A DNA stretch of 64,000 nt from an uncultured Planctomycetia bacterium (GCA_964352425.1 CAYGRZ010000003.1:21077-85076), one strand, 5' to 3'; shown: positions 9,328-19,715, counted from the stretch's first letter. The notes: generated by a model from the letters alone, not told the origin. Translations and numbers: made by a program.

Positions 9328-10698
9328 CTAACGAGCCTCCCCTGCCGTATCGCACGTGCGTCCTATCGATCCAAAAGCAACTGCCATTGCAATAAAAAAC
9401 CAAAAATGCCTCATTGTAATTATATCGATGTAAAACGCATTTAAAAGAAATCCGATAAATCCGGCCAGGAAGAACCGATATATTGTCTTTACGCATCCGT
9501 TTTCAACCCGCAGCTTTTTTCTCAAATATAAAATGAAAGCGACAAAAAACACGAGCAAGCTGCCGAGCCCGATGAATCCGGTCTCTGCGGCCCATCCAAG
9601 ATACGTAGAGTGAGGGTCATGCCCTCTTTTGTATATATCCTCGTCCTTCTTTGTCAAACCGGGATACATCATGCGATATGGCCCCTCGGCCTCGCTCCAC
9701 TTGACATACCCGGCTGATTTAACATTATACATTCCCATGCCTACTCCGATAAAAGGATGCGATTTTGCAATATCGAGCGCTGCCTTTTGCTGTATAAAAT
9801 AGGACTGATGAGTAAAATTAATATCTACCCTAACGGTCTCAGTCCCGGGGAGCCTGCTGACTTTTACGGGAAGTATCCACCAAACGGTCATAAAAAAAAC
9901 GCAGACAATAAGTGCCATAGCCATTAGAAAAGAGAGGTATTTCATAACCGATACCAGCCTGGTCCTTAATGGGAATGCGGCTAATACCAAAAATATGCTC
10001 AACATTATCCCCGCATTATCCCTGGCTTTGGTTAAATAAGCGGCCAATACGCATAGGATTATGGAAATATATACCCAAGATGTACTTCGCCGCTTCGGTA
10101 AAAGCCTTACCGCCAGAATAAAACCGAAGATTATACTGACATGCAAGTAGCATGCAAACATACCCGGATGTTGAAAAATGGATACGGCCCGATAGACCAG
10201 ATCATGGCTTGCGAAACCAAGAAGGCCATACTTGTCCAAGAGAAATGTCTCTATCCCAAAAAAAGAAAGGACGTAAGCGCCGATAGCGGTTATAGAAAGC
10301 ACCGCGCTCAACGCTACCCAGACTTCTACCAGGCGCCACCACATGTTTTCCGAAGAAACCAGCTGAGCAACCAAATAATACATACATACTAAATAAAGTA
10401 TTCCCGCAAATTCGATGCCGCTGTGCAAAACGTTTCCGGAGTTAATAAACGATAATGAAAATGCCAGCAGGACGAGAAATAGCGGATATAACGGTTCTAT
10501 CCTATGCGCAACCTTATTCCCCTTTACGATTTGCGTAAACCATAATAAAAATATTACAGCAAATACGAGGTCGGAGTACTGTATTTTATTTATCGAGCTG
10601 AAGGGGGTTATTTTCATAAGGGGGATCAGCACGATATATAGAAATAGTAATTTTTGAGTTAGCTCTGAATTTTTTAAAGAAGCGATTATTCTTTTCAT
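9328..10698 (-). CDS. O-antigen ligase / Wzy-like polymerase family membrane protein
   Basis: 456 aa, about 10-12 TM helices, and a periplasmic loop carrying the Wzy_C-like motif GHDPHSTYLGWAAETGFIGL. Confidence 0.55.
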   Translation of the reverse strand: MKRIIASLKNSELTQKLLFLYIVLIPLMKITPFSSINKIQYSDLVFAVIFLLWFTQIVKGNKVAHRIEPLYPLFLVLLAFSLSFINSGNVLHSGIEFAGILYLVCMYYLVAQLVSSENMWWRLVEVWVALSAVLSITAIGAYVLSFFGIETFLLDKYGLLGFASHDLVYRAVSIFQHPGMFACYLHVSIIFGFILAVRLLPKRRSTSWVYISIILCVLAAYLTKARDNAGIMLSIFLVLAAFPLRTRLVSVMKYLSFLMAMALIVCVFFMTVWWILPVKVSRLPGTETVRVDINFTHQSYFIQQKAALDIAKSHPFIGVGMGMYNVKSAGYVKWSEAEGPYRMMYPGLTKKDEDIYKRGHDPHSTYLGWAAETGFIGLGSLLVFFVAFILYLRKKLRVENGCVKTIYRFFLAGFIGFLLNAFYIDIITMRHFWFFIAMAVAFGSIGRTCDTAGEAR

Positions 10699-10834
10699 AA
10701 TTCCCCCGCTAAGGATGCCGCATCCCTTGAGCGTTTCATTGCAAAACGCGGATATGCCCCGTCTTCGTCATTTAAGATGTTCTAAAGATTATACTTCCCA
10801 GCAACCGTTTTGTCGATAGAATATGCCTATACAA

Positions 10835-11584
10835 CTAATTGCCTTCCTGATGGTTAGGAGATATTCTATCTATTTTTAGCGCTTTACGCGCCTCATAGAC
10901 AAGGCGCCATAAAGGCATTTGGCGGTCTGGCCTGATTACGGCGGGTTTTGATATGCTGGACAAGTTATAAAAAAAGTCCTTATAGGATATTCCATTTATC
11001 TCGATGGTGTCCACGTCTTTACCGCTTACAATAGATGGATTCTTTACGATATTGTCAATGTCGGCTATCTCTCCGGCTCCGGTCCTGAAATATATGCCGC
11101 GATAAGCATCGAAGACGCACCACTCTCCATTCAGCATTACTAACGATATATAATATCCCGATGCGCTTCTCTTGCCATATACAGCCCCATAAAAAGCAGG
11201 GATATTAGTATAGGTGCATAAAGTCGTGAACACATCCTGAAATTGCTCAGGCAAAGCATGGCCTCGTATTATTATATTCAGTATATGATCATCGCATACC
11301 GGCATGCCCGCTGGAACATCTTTCAGGTTATCCCGTGTCCATTTAAGTATAGCTAGTGTTTTTAATTCATCTGTCTTACAGCCAACCGTTATCTCTTTAG
11401 CGAGCCTGGCATACTCATAATGGCGCGATAGGAACTGAATCCACTTTACGTAAAGAGGCATGTGAACAGATCTGTAGTGGCCGTTTACGCCTACTCGGAT
11501 CGACGCATCACTATTCATCATCATAATAGCGGCAGCGAGGAGCAAAACTATTATAATAATGTTTCGACTTTTACGCGTCATCAT
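10835..11584 (-). CDS. Hypothetical secreted or membrane-anchored protein (possible transglutaminase-like fold)
   Basis: 249 aa with an N-terminal hydrophobic segment (IIIIVLLLAAAIMMM) and spaced Cys/His/Asp residues. No confident family assignment. Confidence 0.3.
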   Translation of the reverse strand: MMTRKSRNIIIIVLLLAAAIMMMNSDASIRVGVNGHYRSVHMPLYVKWIQFLSRHYEYARLAKEITVGCKTDELKTLAILKWTRDNLKDVPAGMPVCDDHILNIIIRGHALPEQFQDVFTTLCTYTNIPAFYGAVYGKRSASGYYISLVMLNGEWCVFDAYRGIYFRTGAGEIADIDNIVKNPSIVSGKDVDTIEINGISYKDFFYNLSSISKPAVIRPDRQMPLWRLVYEARKALKIDRISPNHQEGN

Positions 11585-11892
11585 GGCGCATCCATTTTTA
11601 GTTTACCAAAGCCCGCTCAAGCGCATCCAGCACGATGCTTCCCTCGTATATGTTGACCGACACTATCTCCGCATATTTTATTAAGATCACAAGCCATTGC
11701 CTGAGAACTCGCGCTAATACGGATTGCCTGAACATTATTATTAAAATCGCACGCAAACGCCGACCCGCCGCGATAATGATGCGGCTAACCCACGCCGTCT
11801 GAAAACATTTTTTACAATACGAGTCTAGCGAATTACAGGCAGATATTAACGCGCTTACAAAACTCATTACATATTTTACGAGAATGGAGCTA

Positions 11893-12417
11893 TTAATCAT
11901 TGCCATTCGAACGTCCATCGATATCAAGGATAACGCCTTTCTCAAGAGTATAGAACTCGTTATATATGGTGATCGGGGAATTTATTTTTATGGGCACATT
12001 GGTGCAGTAATATTCCCCATGCAATTTCGCACAGGCGGCCTTAATGAGCACGGTAACATCGCTCCAACCCCGAAGAACGGACAGGACCTTATCGCTGTAG
12101 ATCGCGGGTTTTCCGTCCATTGCCGTTACGTCCGCCGCCGATATAGGGACAACTTTCAAGACTTTTACAATGGTTGCCTTTCCCGCAAGAACTTTATCTC
12201 CTGACTGCAGTACTTTTTTATTATCCAGCACCTGATCTAAAACAGTAAAACGCACCTTTATAAGTTTCTCTACGGAACTGTCGCTACGTCTACCGCATAC
12301 CTTAAGCTGTAGGTTAACGATAAAACTACCGATTAAGGCAGCCACCAAGACTAAAACGAAGAGATCAATAAGATTGATCATGCCGAAGAGCCGACCTTTT
12401 CCATCCACGATTCGCAC
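11893..12417 (-). CDS. Hypothetical protein with N-terminal TM anchor
   Basis: 174 aa. Hydrophobic N-terminal helix (LIDLFVLVLVAALIGSFIV) and a beta-rich C-terminus. Its frame is followed by a 115-aa ORF (11598..11945) in another frame, so a frameshift is possible. Confidence 0.35.
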   Translation of the reverse strand: MRIVDGKGRLFGMINLIDLFVLVLVAALIGSFIVNLQLKVCGRRSDSSVEKLIKVRFTVLDQVLDNKKVLQSGDKVLAGKATIVKVLKVVPISAADVTAMDGKPAIYSDKVLSVLRGWSDVTVLIKAACAKLHGEYYCTNVPIKINSPITIYNEFYTLEKGVILDIDGRSNGND

Positions 12418-12488
12418 AAAAGACCCCCCTTATTTTGTAAACCCTTTGCATTGCATCATGGCCCGCGAAAGGAAGAAGACCTGTTCTC

Positions 12489-13769
12489 TCAACGCCTTTT
12501 GACGGCCTTGCGGCGAATTATACTATAACCATATCCTGCAAATATGGCATATCCGGGAATTACCATGCCACGATGCCGAACGAGCGCCTCCATGTTGCCG
12601 CCCGCAATCACGATCATTGATGAAAGGAACAATAATAACAGCAGCAAAGATACTATTCGAAGGTCGATTCGTCGAAACGATCCAAAGATACCGATAATAG
12701 AAAAGATTAATATGCCGTACCAGAGCATCATCTCAGGTAAGAGCAGCATCTGGCGTAATTTAAACGAGTTAAATAAGTTCGGTTCTAACATAAAGACTTC
12801 AAGCCCCCTCAGGATCATAAAGACACCATCTGCCGGCAAGATAAAAGAAAAATATAGCAGATTATTCTTTTCGGGACCGTAATATTGCTCCGGAAGTAAT
12901 TTGTATGTAAAGCCGCCATAACCCACAAAGCCAATATGGTGATTTATGGTCTCCGCCATTTTTGAATCGAAGAAATTTGAGACGGCATCACCGTATAAGG
13001 GCATGGCCAATAAGAACACTATTATCAGCATCGAGAATAGCCATCTGTACTTGCCGGTCAGGACCAGTATCGCATAAAACAGCGATGCGCCTGTCACGAT
13101 AAATGCCGCCCTGCCTCGCAGTAGAAAAAGAAACAATATGGAAATACCTACGTATATGACTCTGCGTATCTTTATAGCAGGCTTGTCGTATCGTTTAATC
13201 GTGAGCAGGCCATAGATAAGGAGCATCATGAAGAAATTGACAGAGGTGTCTCGCAGTAAGCTCGCAGAATATATAAATTGCGAGGGCAGGAGCAGTATCG
13301 ATACGAACGCTACGCGAGCGATATCCTTATTGAAAAGGTTTTTTGCCAGTAGATAGCACAGGATAGCCGTCGCAACGCTTAATACTATGTTCAAAAGCCG
13401 AAAGAGCACCGGCACATAGCCGAAGATAAAATAGAATAACCCCATCATGTATGAATAACAACCTATGCCATATTGAAAAGGTGTGGGAAGCTTCCCCGCA
13501 AAATCTGCGATAAAGACAAATAACCTGTCATTGTGCCAACATTCGGCCGGGATGTATCTGGCCGGCAGAGAGAGAAGGTTTACGCCTTTCAACACAAGGC
13601 CTATATACCATCCTACCGCCGAGTAAAATTCCCCGTCAAATGCATACAGGGGTTCTTTCGACGACAGAATAAAGGCGATGTGGTACGATAGCGCAAATAG
13701 AAATCTGGTGATTATGGCAAGCAGCGCCAGTTTTACCAGGAACATGGTGTCACGGTCTTTTATGCTCAC
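12489..13769 (-). CDS. GT-C fold membrane glycosyltransferase (ArnT/PMT/GT39-like)
   Basis: 426 aa, multi-TM, with a DGEFY (DE-type) motif in the first extracytoplasmic loop. Its start overlaps the upstream stop (ATGA). Confidence 0.45.
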   Translation of the reverse strand: MSIKDRDTMFLVKLALLAIITRFLFALSYHIAFILSSKEPLYAFDGEFYSAVGWYIGLVLKGVNLLSLPARYIPAECWHNDRLFVFIADFAGKLPTPFQYGIGCYSYMMGLFYFIFGYVPVLFRLLNIVLSVATAILCYLLAKNLFNKDIARVAFVSILLLPSQFIYSASLLRDTSVNFFMMLLIYGLLTIKRYDKPAIKIRRVIYVGISILFLFLLRGRAAFIVTGASLFYAILVLTGKYRWLFSMLIIVFLLAMPLYGDAVSNFFDSKMAETINHHIGFVGYGGFTYKLLPEQYYGPEKNNLLYFSFILPADGVFMILRGLEVFMLEPNLFNSFKLRQMLLLPEMMLWYGILIFSIIGIFGSFRRIDLRIVSLLLLLLFLSSMIVIAGGNMEALVRHRGMVIPGYAIFAGYGYSIIRRKAVKRR

Positions 13770-14980
13770 GAAAATGCCTCTGTATACATCTTTTTATATC
13801 GCGCGATTCCGTGCTCTATAGAAAAATATTTTTCCGCGGCAGCCCTGCACCGTCTCCTGAAACCAGGCTCGGAAACCAACACGCTCACTTCGCTGATCGC
13901 GCGCGCATATTCTTGTTCGGCAAAATCATTGATAACAACCCCGACACGCTCGCCAATCAATACTCCCGCGGTATCTCCCACCCCGCCCGTGACAACGACT
14001 GCCAACCCGCACGCGAGATACTCCCCTATCTTCGTCGGACAGCATGCCATCCGAGAATACCCCGGCTTGTAGAACGCAAGCCCAACCTGCGCATGCTTAA
14101 GGTGCAACGGCATATCATCATATGACACGTTCTTTATCGCCACCAGGCGCCGGTCTAATCCCGCATCCCGTATTATCTTCATAAATATCTCCGGTTCCCG
14201 GGTGCATACAAGAAGGTGCGTATCCTTAAAAGACGTGAACGCCTTCTGATAAAACTCGACTATTTGACGAGGCATATACCAGGTGCTCGCCGATCCTGAA
14301 TACACCATGTCCAGGCCGAAACCGGCGCCCGCGCTGTCCGGCGCCGCGCGATCATGCAGGGCAAATCTGCCAAGATCGACGCAGGTAGGTATATGGTCGA
14401 TATACACTGACCGATCATACGAAGAGAAGTTCTCTTCGATCTCTTTTTGTGCAGCATCGGTTAACGTGATGATCGCCTTTGCCTTACCTATAAATTTCTT
14501 TTCAAAATATTTTGCCGCCTTATACAGCCCGCCGCCCCGCTTCCAGATCCCCGCCTCCACGCGCTCATCAGCCCAAAACCCCCTCATGTCAAAGACAAAA
14601 TCCGTGCCAAGCAGCTTGTGCACAAGAAGGGCTATCATTGCCGGCACATAACTTCTAACATGGATGAAAGCGCAGTTCCTGCACATAACAAAACGCAGCG
14701 CGCAACAGCTGCCCGCCAGTATATCATACAAGGTCGAAAGAACGGGGGGACTTTTATGATACGCGAGGCGCTTCCATTCTATCCCCTCTCTTTCCAGGAG
14801 ATCGCCCAGTTCCTTACAGACCTTGATATTCAGAAGGTCGACCGGCTTTTCGAAGCTAATGATGATGAAGCGCTCCCCCTCCTTCGCCAAGCCGCGCACA
14901 TATGGTACGATCTGCGATCGGCCGAGCGGCTCAAGAATGCCGTCATAGGTGATATACAACACGGGACGCTTGCTGTCCAT
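13766..14980 (-). CDS. Glycosyltransferase family 4 (GT-B)
   Basis: 404 aa. The N-terminus MDSKRPVLYITYDGILEPLG and C-terminal domain are typical of GT4 retaining glycosyltransferases. Confidence 0.7.
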   Translation of the reverse strand: MDSKRPVLYITYDGILEPLGRSQIVPYVRGLAKEGERFIIISFEKPVDLLNIKVCKELGDLLEREGIEWKRLAYHKSPPVLSTLYDILAGSCCALRFVMCRNCAFIHVRSYVPAMIALLVHKLLGTDFVFDMRGFWADERVEAGIWKRGGGLYKAAKYFEKKFIGKAKAIITLTDAAQKEIEENFSSYDRSVYIDHIPTCVDLGRFALHDRAAPDSAGAGFGLDMVYSGSASTWYMPRQIVEFYQKAFTSFKDTHLLVCTREPEIFMKIIRDAGLDRRLVAIKNVSYDDMPLHLKHAQVGLAFYKPGYSRMACCPTKIGEYLACGLAVVVTGGVGDTAGVLIGERVGVVINDFAEQEYARAISEVSVLVSEPGFRRRCRAAAEKYFSIEHGIARYKKMYTEAFS

Positions 14981-14996
14981 ACGTTCGCTCCGGTAA

Positions 14997-15893
14997 CTAC
15001 GCCTTTTCGGCGATGATAAAGATAGACTCGCCGAGGCGCGTCATATTAAGCAGCGCGTTTGCTAAGCTCTTCGCCCACCGCAAAAAGGCGCTATTCTCAA
15101 TGGTGCCCCTTAGCTCCTGGTCTCGCACGCGGTTTTCAGGCGAGCGGGGCTTGAAAAATTTTAATAGCTCATGCGGCTCGACATTGCGCACATCGCATTC
15201 CTGTGTCCTGAACCCGTTCTTGGTTATAAAATTGCGTAACGCCTTCGGCGTAAAATAGAAGAGGTGTTCCGGATTGATCGCCCTCCACTTATCCCCTATC
15301 ATCAGCCTCGTTATAGAATTAAAATTCGGGGTTGTAAGTATCATGCAGCCCCCCTTACGCAGAACCTGGCGGGCCTTCTCTATATACTTTTCGGGATGCG
15401 TAAGATGCTCGATCACTTCAAACAAGCTGACCACATCGTAATGCTCCGGCCGTTCGTATACCAGGAGGTCCGTTTCTATGACGGGTATTTTGTATTTTTT
15501 GCATATCTGCACGGCATACGGAGCGACTTCCATACCCTCGGCAGACCATCCTGCAGCTATAGCAGTCTTTGCAAAATGGCCGGCCCCGCATCCGATATCG
15601 AGGAGCGTATTGCTCTTCCGGTATCTTTCCACCCGCATCAGGATGTCCCGGTATCTCTTTTCGTTGAGGGCGGTATAAAGCTGACCGCTGCTAAAACCCA
15701 TCTTCTCCCGGTAATAATCATAATGCGCAATGTCGTAGATTTCCGCTCCACGATCGAGGAACGCTATGCCGCAGCCCACGCACCAGCGCACATCGCCTTT
15801 ATCGATGCGGTACAGCCGCTCCGTTCGCAGGCTCGCGCACAGGGGGCATTGAGATAGCATAGTATCGTTCGTTTTGGATGCTGACGGGATCAT
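14997..15893 (-). CDS. Class I SAM-dependent methyltransferase with N-terminal zinc ribbon
   Basis: 298 aa. CPLCAS...CVGCG zinc ribbon, then LLDIGCGAGHF (motif I) and VVSLFEVIEHL (motif II). Confidence 0.65.
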   Translation of the reverse strand: MIPSASKTNDTMLSQCPLCASLRTERLYRIDKGDVRWCVGCGIAFLDRGAEIYDIAHYDYYREKMGFSSGQLYTALNEKRYRDILMRVERYRKSNTLLDIGCGAGHFAKTAIAAGWSAEGMEVAPYAVQICKKYKIPVIETDLLVYERPEHYDVVSLFEVIEHLTHPEKYIEKARQVLRKGGCMILTTPNFNSITRLMIGDKWRAINPEHLFYFTPKALRNFITKNGFRTQECDVRNVEPHELLKFFKPRSPENRVRDQELRGTIENSAFLRWAKSLANALLNMTRLGESIFIIAEKA

Positions 15894-15912
15894 CGTTCCT
15901 TTTCCTTCGTGC

Positions 15913-17391
15913 TCATAGAGAGTACCTTTCGATTAAGAGATCTCCAAAGGAGCGCGACCCTTTCAGGGTATATTTATGTTCCTTGAGAAGAGACCTGAGA
16001 TATGCGTTCTTATCCTGTAATTCCAGTTTGCCGTCATGAGTGACGAAAATAACTTCCTTTGTAAGCGCCGCCTGCAGATCAGCGTCATCGACATTCTTCT
16101 TTTGCCTGATATCGGAAAAATAATAGTCCAGAATATACCTGAATCCTTTCGATGGCGCGATAACAAGCGTTTCGGGTCCGGCGACCTCCTTCACATAGGA
16201 GTGTGCGGACTTGAAATCAAGCCCCTTGTTCTGATACATGAAAAAGAGCCTTGCGCTGAAAATGACCACCATAACGGCGAAAACGGATATCGCCAGTCTC
16301 TTTACCGGCAGTGACCGCAGGAAGATCGATACAAAAAACATCAAAAATATAAAACTGGTAAGGAAGTAATGGGACATAAGGATCATATTCCATGCGTGGT
16401 TAAGCGCGAGCGCCGTAACGAAAGGTATGACGGACAAAAGAAAGAAAAAGAGCAAAAATACCTTGTTCTCATTCTTTTCATCTTTCCGCATGACATTGAC
16501 CGCATACATGGACAGATACAATACCCCGACAACGCATATAACGGAAAAAAGCGCCGCTATCAGTCTGAGGTAGGCGAAACCGGAATATACCCGTGTAGCC
16601 ATAAATCCGGGATCAAACCCAAGCATACCTAAAAGCGCCCGTATCGCGGATCCTATGTGCAATGGCCCTATATGGAAACCGAGCCGCTGAGTCATTTGGG
16701 GATGGCCCAAATAACTGGATCGCTGCCGAATAAAGAAATGGATCCACGGCAGGTATGAGACCGCTATCGAAAGTTGAGCGAGCGCCCAGGTTGCCAGGCA
16801 TGACAGCTTCTTTCGAAAATGAACCGCCATGAATATGTTTTCCGCCACCAGAACAAGCGCCGAGAAATAGAAGGTATAGAGGGCGGCTGCCGAAAAAAAT
16901 ACATACCCTATCCATAGCCCCCGGCTGCGAATAGATCCTTGCTCATTTTTGATGATCCGCACCAGAAAATAAACAGAAAATATGATAAAAAAGTACGCCC
17001 ATGAATATGTCCTTACATATTGAGACACCCAGACAGCGCCGGGAGAAAAAGCCGTAATGACGGCAAGAAATAAGGAACCTTCCCTGCTGACCACTAGCAT
17101 ACCAATCATGTAGACAAGGACGCATAACCCCACGCCGGGGATCACGCTCAGCAATCGTAAATACGCCTCATTCATCGAAACCCTCATCCAGATATTCAGC
17201 ATATAAAAATAGAGCGGCGGATGCGTATCCTCCAGGATCGCCTGGGGGATGCTATGGAAGTGCCTGGCATCAAGAACGCTGAAATATTCATCGCCCTGGA
17301 AGCTCTTATCTATACCCGCGAGACGAAGGCCGCACGCTAATATGATGATCAGCAATATAACTGCAGCCTGTGATATCCGAGTTGCTGTCAT
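15913..17391 (-). CDS. GT-C fold membrane glycosyltransferase (family 39 / ArnT-like)
   Basis: Multi-TM protein with the motif DKSFQGDEYF...HPPLYFY characteristic of GT39/ArnT. I chose the start at ATG 17389..17391 (MTATRIS), which forms an ATGA overlap with the upstream stop. The track ORF extends to 17415. Confidence 0.5.
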   Translation of the reverse strand: MTATRISQAAVILLIIILACGLRLAGIDKSFQGDEYFSVLDARHFHSIPQAILEDTHPPLYFYMLNIWMRVSMNEAYLRLLSVIPGVGLCVLVYMIGMLVVSREGSLFLAVITAFSPGAVWVSQYVRTYSWAYFFIIFSVYFLVRIIKNEQGSIRSRGLWIGYVFFSAAALYTFYFSALVLVAENIFMAVHFRKKLSCLATWALAQLSIAVSYLPWIHFFIRQRSSYLGHPQMTQRLGFHIGPLHIGSAIRALLGMLGFDPGFMATRVYSGFAYLRLIAALFSVICVVGVLYLSMYAVNVMRKDEKNENKVFLLFFFLLSVIPFVTALALNHAWNMILMSHYFLTSFIFLMFFVSIFLRSLPVKRLAISVFAVMVVIFSARLFFMYQNKGLDFKSAHSYVKEVAGPETLVIAPSKGFRYILDYYFSDIRQKKNVDDADLQAALTKEVIFVTHDGKLELQDKNAYLRSLLKEHKYTLKGSRSFGDLLIERYSL

Positions 17392-18032
17392 GTCTGTCGT
17401 TTCCTTATCCTGCAATGGGCAAATAAGGCTACCTTGAGCGGTACGTTCAGGGGAAATGTCTTTATCTCATCTATGTCAAAATACTTTTCGGCGCTGGCAA
17501 TGATATCATCCTGGTCGACCGGATGTGCTTTTCGCGAATTGATCCCTATCATAAGGAATGCAATGTCCGTCAAAACGCTCACGACAGGAAATCCTATTAC
17601 TGCGTCACCGCCGTCTTTCAGCACTCTGGCCATTTCGCTGAATGCCTTGTCGAGATCCTTGACAAATTCAAGGACGCTGATGCATGTTACGCGGTCAAAA
17701 TACCCGTCGCGGAACGGCAGGCTCGTCGCATCGGCGTACATCAGGTCTGCTTTCACATGCTCTTTTGAAAGCATCCTCTGGACCATATCGACATTTTTAT
17801 GGATATCGACACCGTAAAGCTCGTCGCATCTGGTCGAAAGCTCCGGTAAGAAAACGCCGCCGCCATATCCTATATCGAGGAGCCTGTGGCAGTGTTCGGC
17901 ACCCAGCAACCGGAGAGCACCTGTAAGCCTCTTGTTCATGAAATAACTGATGACCGGATGGTAATGCCTGTGGATGGGATCCGTCTTACCCGTCACCCAT
18001 ACATTCTCTTTCTTCGGCAGTCTCATTTTCAT
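17388..18032 (-). CDS. Class I SAM-dependent methyltransferase
   Basis: Motif I LLDIGYGGGVF. The track ORF begins with GTG at 18056. The ATG at 18030..18032 forms an ATGA overlap with the deacetylase stop and is the more likely start. Confidence 0.6.
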   Translation of the reverse strand: MKMRLPKKENVWVTGKTDPIHRHYHPVISYFMNKRLTGALRLLGAEHCHRLLDIGYGGGVFLPELSTRCDELYGVDIHKNVDMVQRMLSKEHVKADLMYADATSLPFRDGYFDRVTCISVLEFVKDLDKAFSEMARVLKDGGDAVIGFPVVSVLTDIAFLMIGINSRKAHPVDQDDIIASAEKYFDIDEIKTFPLNVPLKVALFAHCRIRKRQT

Positions 18033-18922
18033 AGCAGCTCTTTCACGCTGTCGCACATCCGGCGCGATGTCATGACCTCGTACCGGTCTTTGAGGGATGA
18101 CAAAATTTTCCTTGCCAGGCTCAATTTCCTCGCTGCCGTTATATTCAGGCCACGGACCTTTTCAGTTATATGCACCGATTCCGTATCGACCATATCGAGC
18201 GGATGAAATAGATAATTCACGAATTGTACACCGGACGCCTTGAGCGCACGTGTCGTAACGTTCGAATATGCTGAGCCTCCCAACATGGCATAACTGAAGT
18301 GCATAGGCAGTCTCAACCACGGCATCGCCGTGACCGGCATCTCCACTACAGGGCTATCCCCTTTTCTGAAGATATCGGTGCGGGAGGGGTGATAAGGCGA
18401 GTTCGGAGCTCTCGCCATGCCCCATTTCGGATACGACAACCCGGAAAAAAATTCCATGAGAAATGCCAGCGAGGTGCCGAAGACGGACGAATCGTACAGA
18501 TAGCCGGCTGCTTCCACATCCTGCGCCATACAGCCATAAGAGGCGAATCCCGCGCTCTTGAAACCCGAGACATTCAGGCCAAGGAGATCTCCGATCAGTT
18601 TCTTACTCGAGATGATCTCGTCACGCCGGCCGGCTGCGTCGAGACTGTTAACATAAAGGTGCGCCGCACCGTGGCTCGCTATCTCATGGCCGGCCGCGGC
18701 GACCTGCCGCAGGATTTGTACCTTATCCCGGCTTTCGAGATCACGGGCCACCACAAAGAACGTTGCTTTGATATCGAATTCGTCAAATAGCTTAAGGATC
18801 CTCTTTATCCCGACCTCAAATACCGGATCGGGATCTATCGGAGCCGGCTTCCCCAGAAGTCTGCGCAGGACCCAGAGACCGTCCGCATCGACCTGTATCG
18901 TACAATAGCGCTTATCCGGCAT
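18029..18922 (-). CDS. Polysaccharide deacetylase (CE4 family)
   Basis: 297 aa with the NodB-homology motifs FDIKATFFVV and HEIASHGAAH. Confidence 0.75.
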   Translation of the reverse strand: MPDKRYCTIQVDADGLWVLRRLLGKPAPIDPDPVFEVGIKRILKLFDEFDIKATFFVVARDLESRDKVQILRQVAAAGHEIASHGAAHLYVNSLDAAGRRDEIISSKKLIGDLLGLNVSGFKSAGFASYGCMAQDVEAAGYLYDSSVFGTSLAFLMEFFSGLSYPKWGMARAPNSPYHPSRTDIFRKGDSPVVEMPVTAMPWLRLPMHFSYAMLGGSAYSNVTTRALKASGVQFVNYLFHPLDMVDTESVHITEKVRGLNITAARKLSLARKILSSLKDRYEVMTSRRMCDSVKELL

Positions 18923-19706
18923 GAAATCCGCTCATGGCGAGGAACCTTTCGACGGCTATCCTGTCATCCCTGCGCGACCGCACCAGCTGGCTGCCTATGA
19001 ACTTCAGATATCCGATAATGGTCTTGCGCCGGCGCATCTTGCTGGCACCCTCTCTCATATTACACCTGAGGATCATAGGCACCTCCGCCATCTGGAGAGG
19101 CAATCTCGCAAGCTTCACGATCATCTCGACCATGCAGACGAACCCCTTCACCTCGATGAGCCGGCCGTGATAGGCCTCGAAAGCCATCTTGAGCTTTGTG
19201 GCATTGAAAGCCCTGTAAAACGAACTATATGTATTCACGCCCTTGATCGGAAAGAATAATTTCAGCAGGGTATTGGCGCCAAAACTCAATATATGACGGT
19301 CGGCCGTTGAATTCTCCACGCCGCCGTTCTTTGCAAAACACGACGCAAGAACAACATCGTTCCCCGCCTGGATAAGGCCTATCATCTTCTTCAATATGTC
19401 CAGGTCGCTCGTATTATCCGCTTCTTTCGTAACTATGATATCCCCTTCTTTCGCGGCCTCAAGAGCCGCCTCAAAACCTTTTTTGAACGCGGCGTCGACC
19501 CCCATATTCTCATCAAATCCTATCTCTTCAAGCGGCAGATCCTTCTCAAATTGCGTACAGACCTCGCTCGTATTATCGGTTGAACCGTCGTTAACGATGA
19601 ACATCTTGTACGGGATCCCCAGGGCGCCCATGGCTTCTCCGGTGTTCTTGATAAGCAATGGAAGGTTTTTCGCTTCGTTATACGCCGGTATTATGAAGTA
19701 TACCAA
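18912..19706 (-). CDS. Glycosyltransferase family 2 (Dpm1-like)
   Basis: 264 aa: MVYFIIPAYNEAKNL...FIVNDGSTDNT. No TM helices. Confidence 0.7.
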   Translation of the reverse strand: MVYFIIPAYNEAKNLPLLIKNTGEAMGALGIPYKMFIVNDGSTDNTSEVCTQFEKDLPLEEIGFDENMGVDAAFKKGFEAALEAAKEGDIIVTKEADNTSDLDILKKMIGLIQAGNDVVLASCFAKNGGVENSTADRHILSFGANTLLKLFFPIKGVNTYSSFYRAFNATKLKMAFEAYHGRLIEVKGFVCMVEMIVKLARLPLQMAEVPMILRCNMREGASKMRRRKTIIGYLKFIGSQLVRSRRDDRIAVERFLAMSGFHAG

Positions 19707-19715
19707 TGCGACCCC

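Noticed and set aside
7919-9496. Longer N-terminal extensions given by the ORF track for 7919..9496, 15913..17415, 17388..18056, 23244..24422, 26739..27608, 30458..31957, 54051..56078 and 59072..61042
   Set aside because: The extended N-termini are low-complexity or Cys/Arg-rich and overlap upstream genes. Internal ATG codons coincide with conserved family N-termini, often in ATGA stop/start overlaps or behind a good SD. I used the shorter starts.
10699-10834. Near-palindrome aaggatgccgcatccctt and AT-rich spacer between the hypothetical gene and the Wzy-like gene
   Set aside because: It is a short imperfect hairpin about 100 nt downstream of the preceding stop with no U-tract. That is insufficient to call a terminator or regulatory site.
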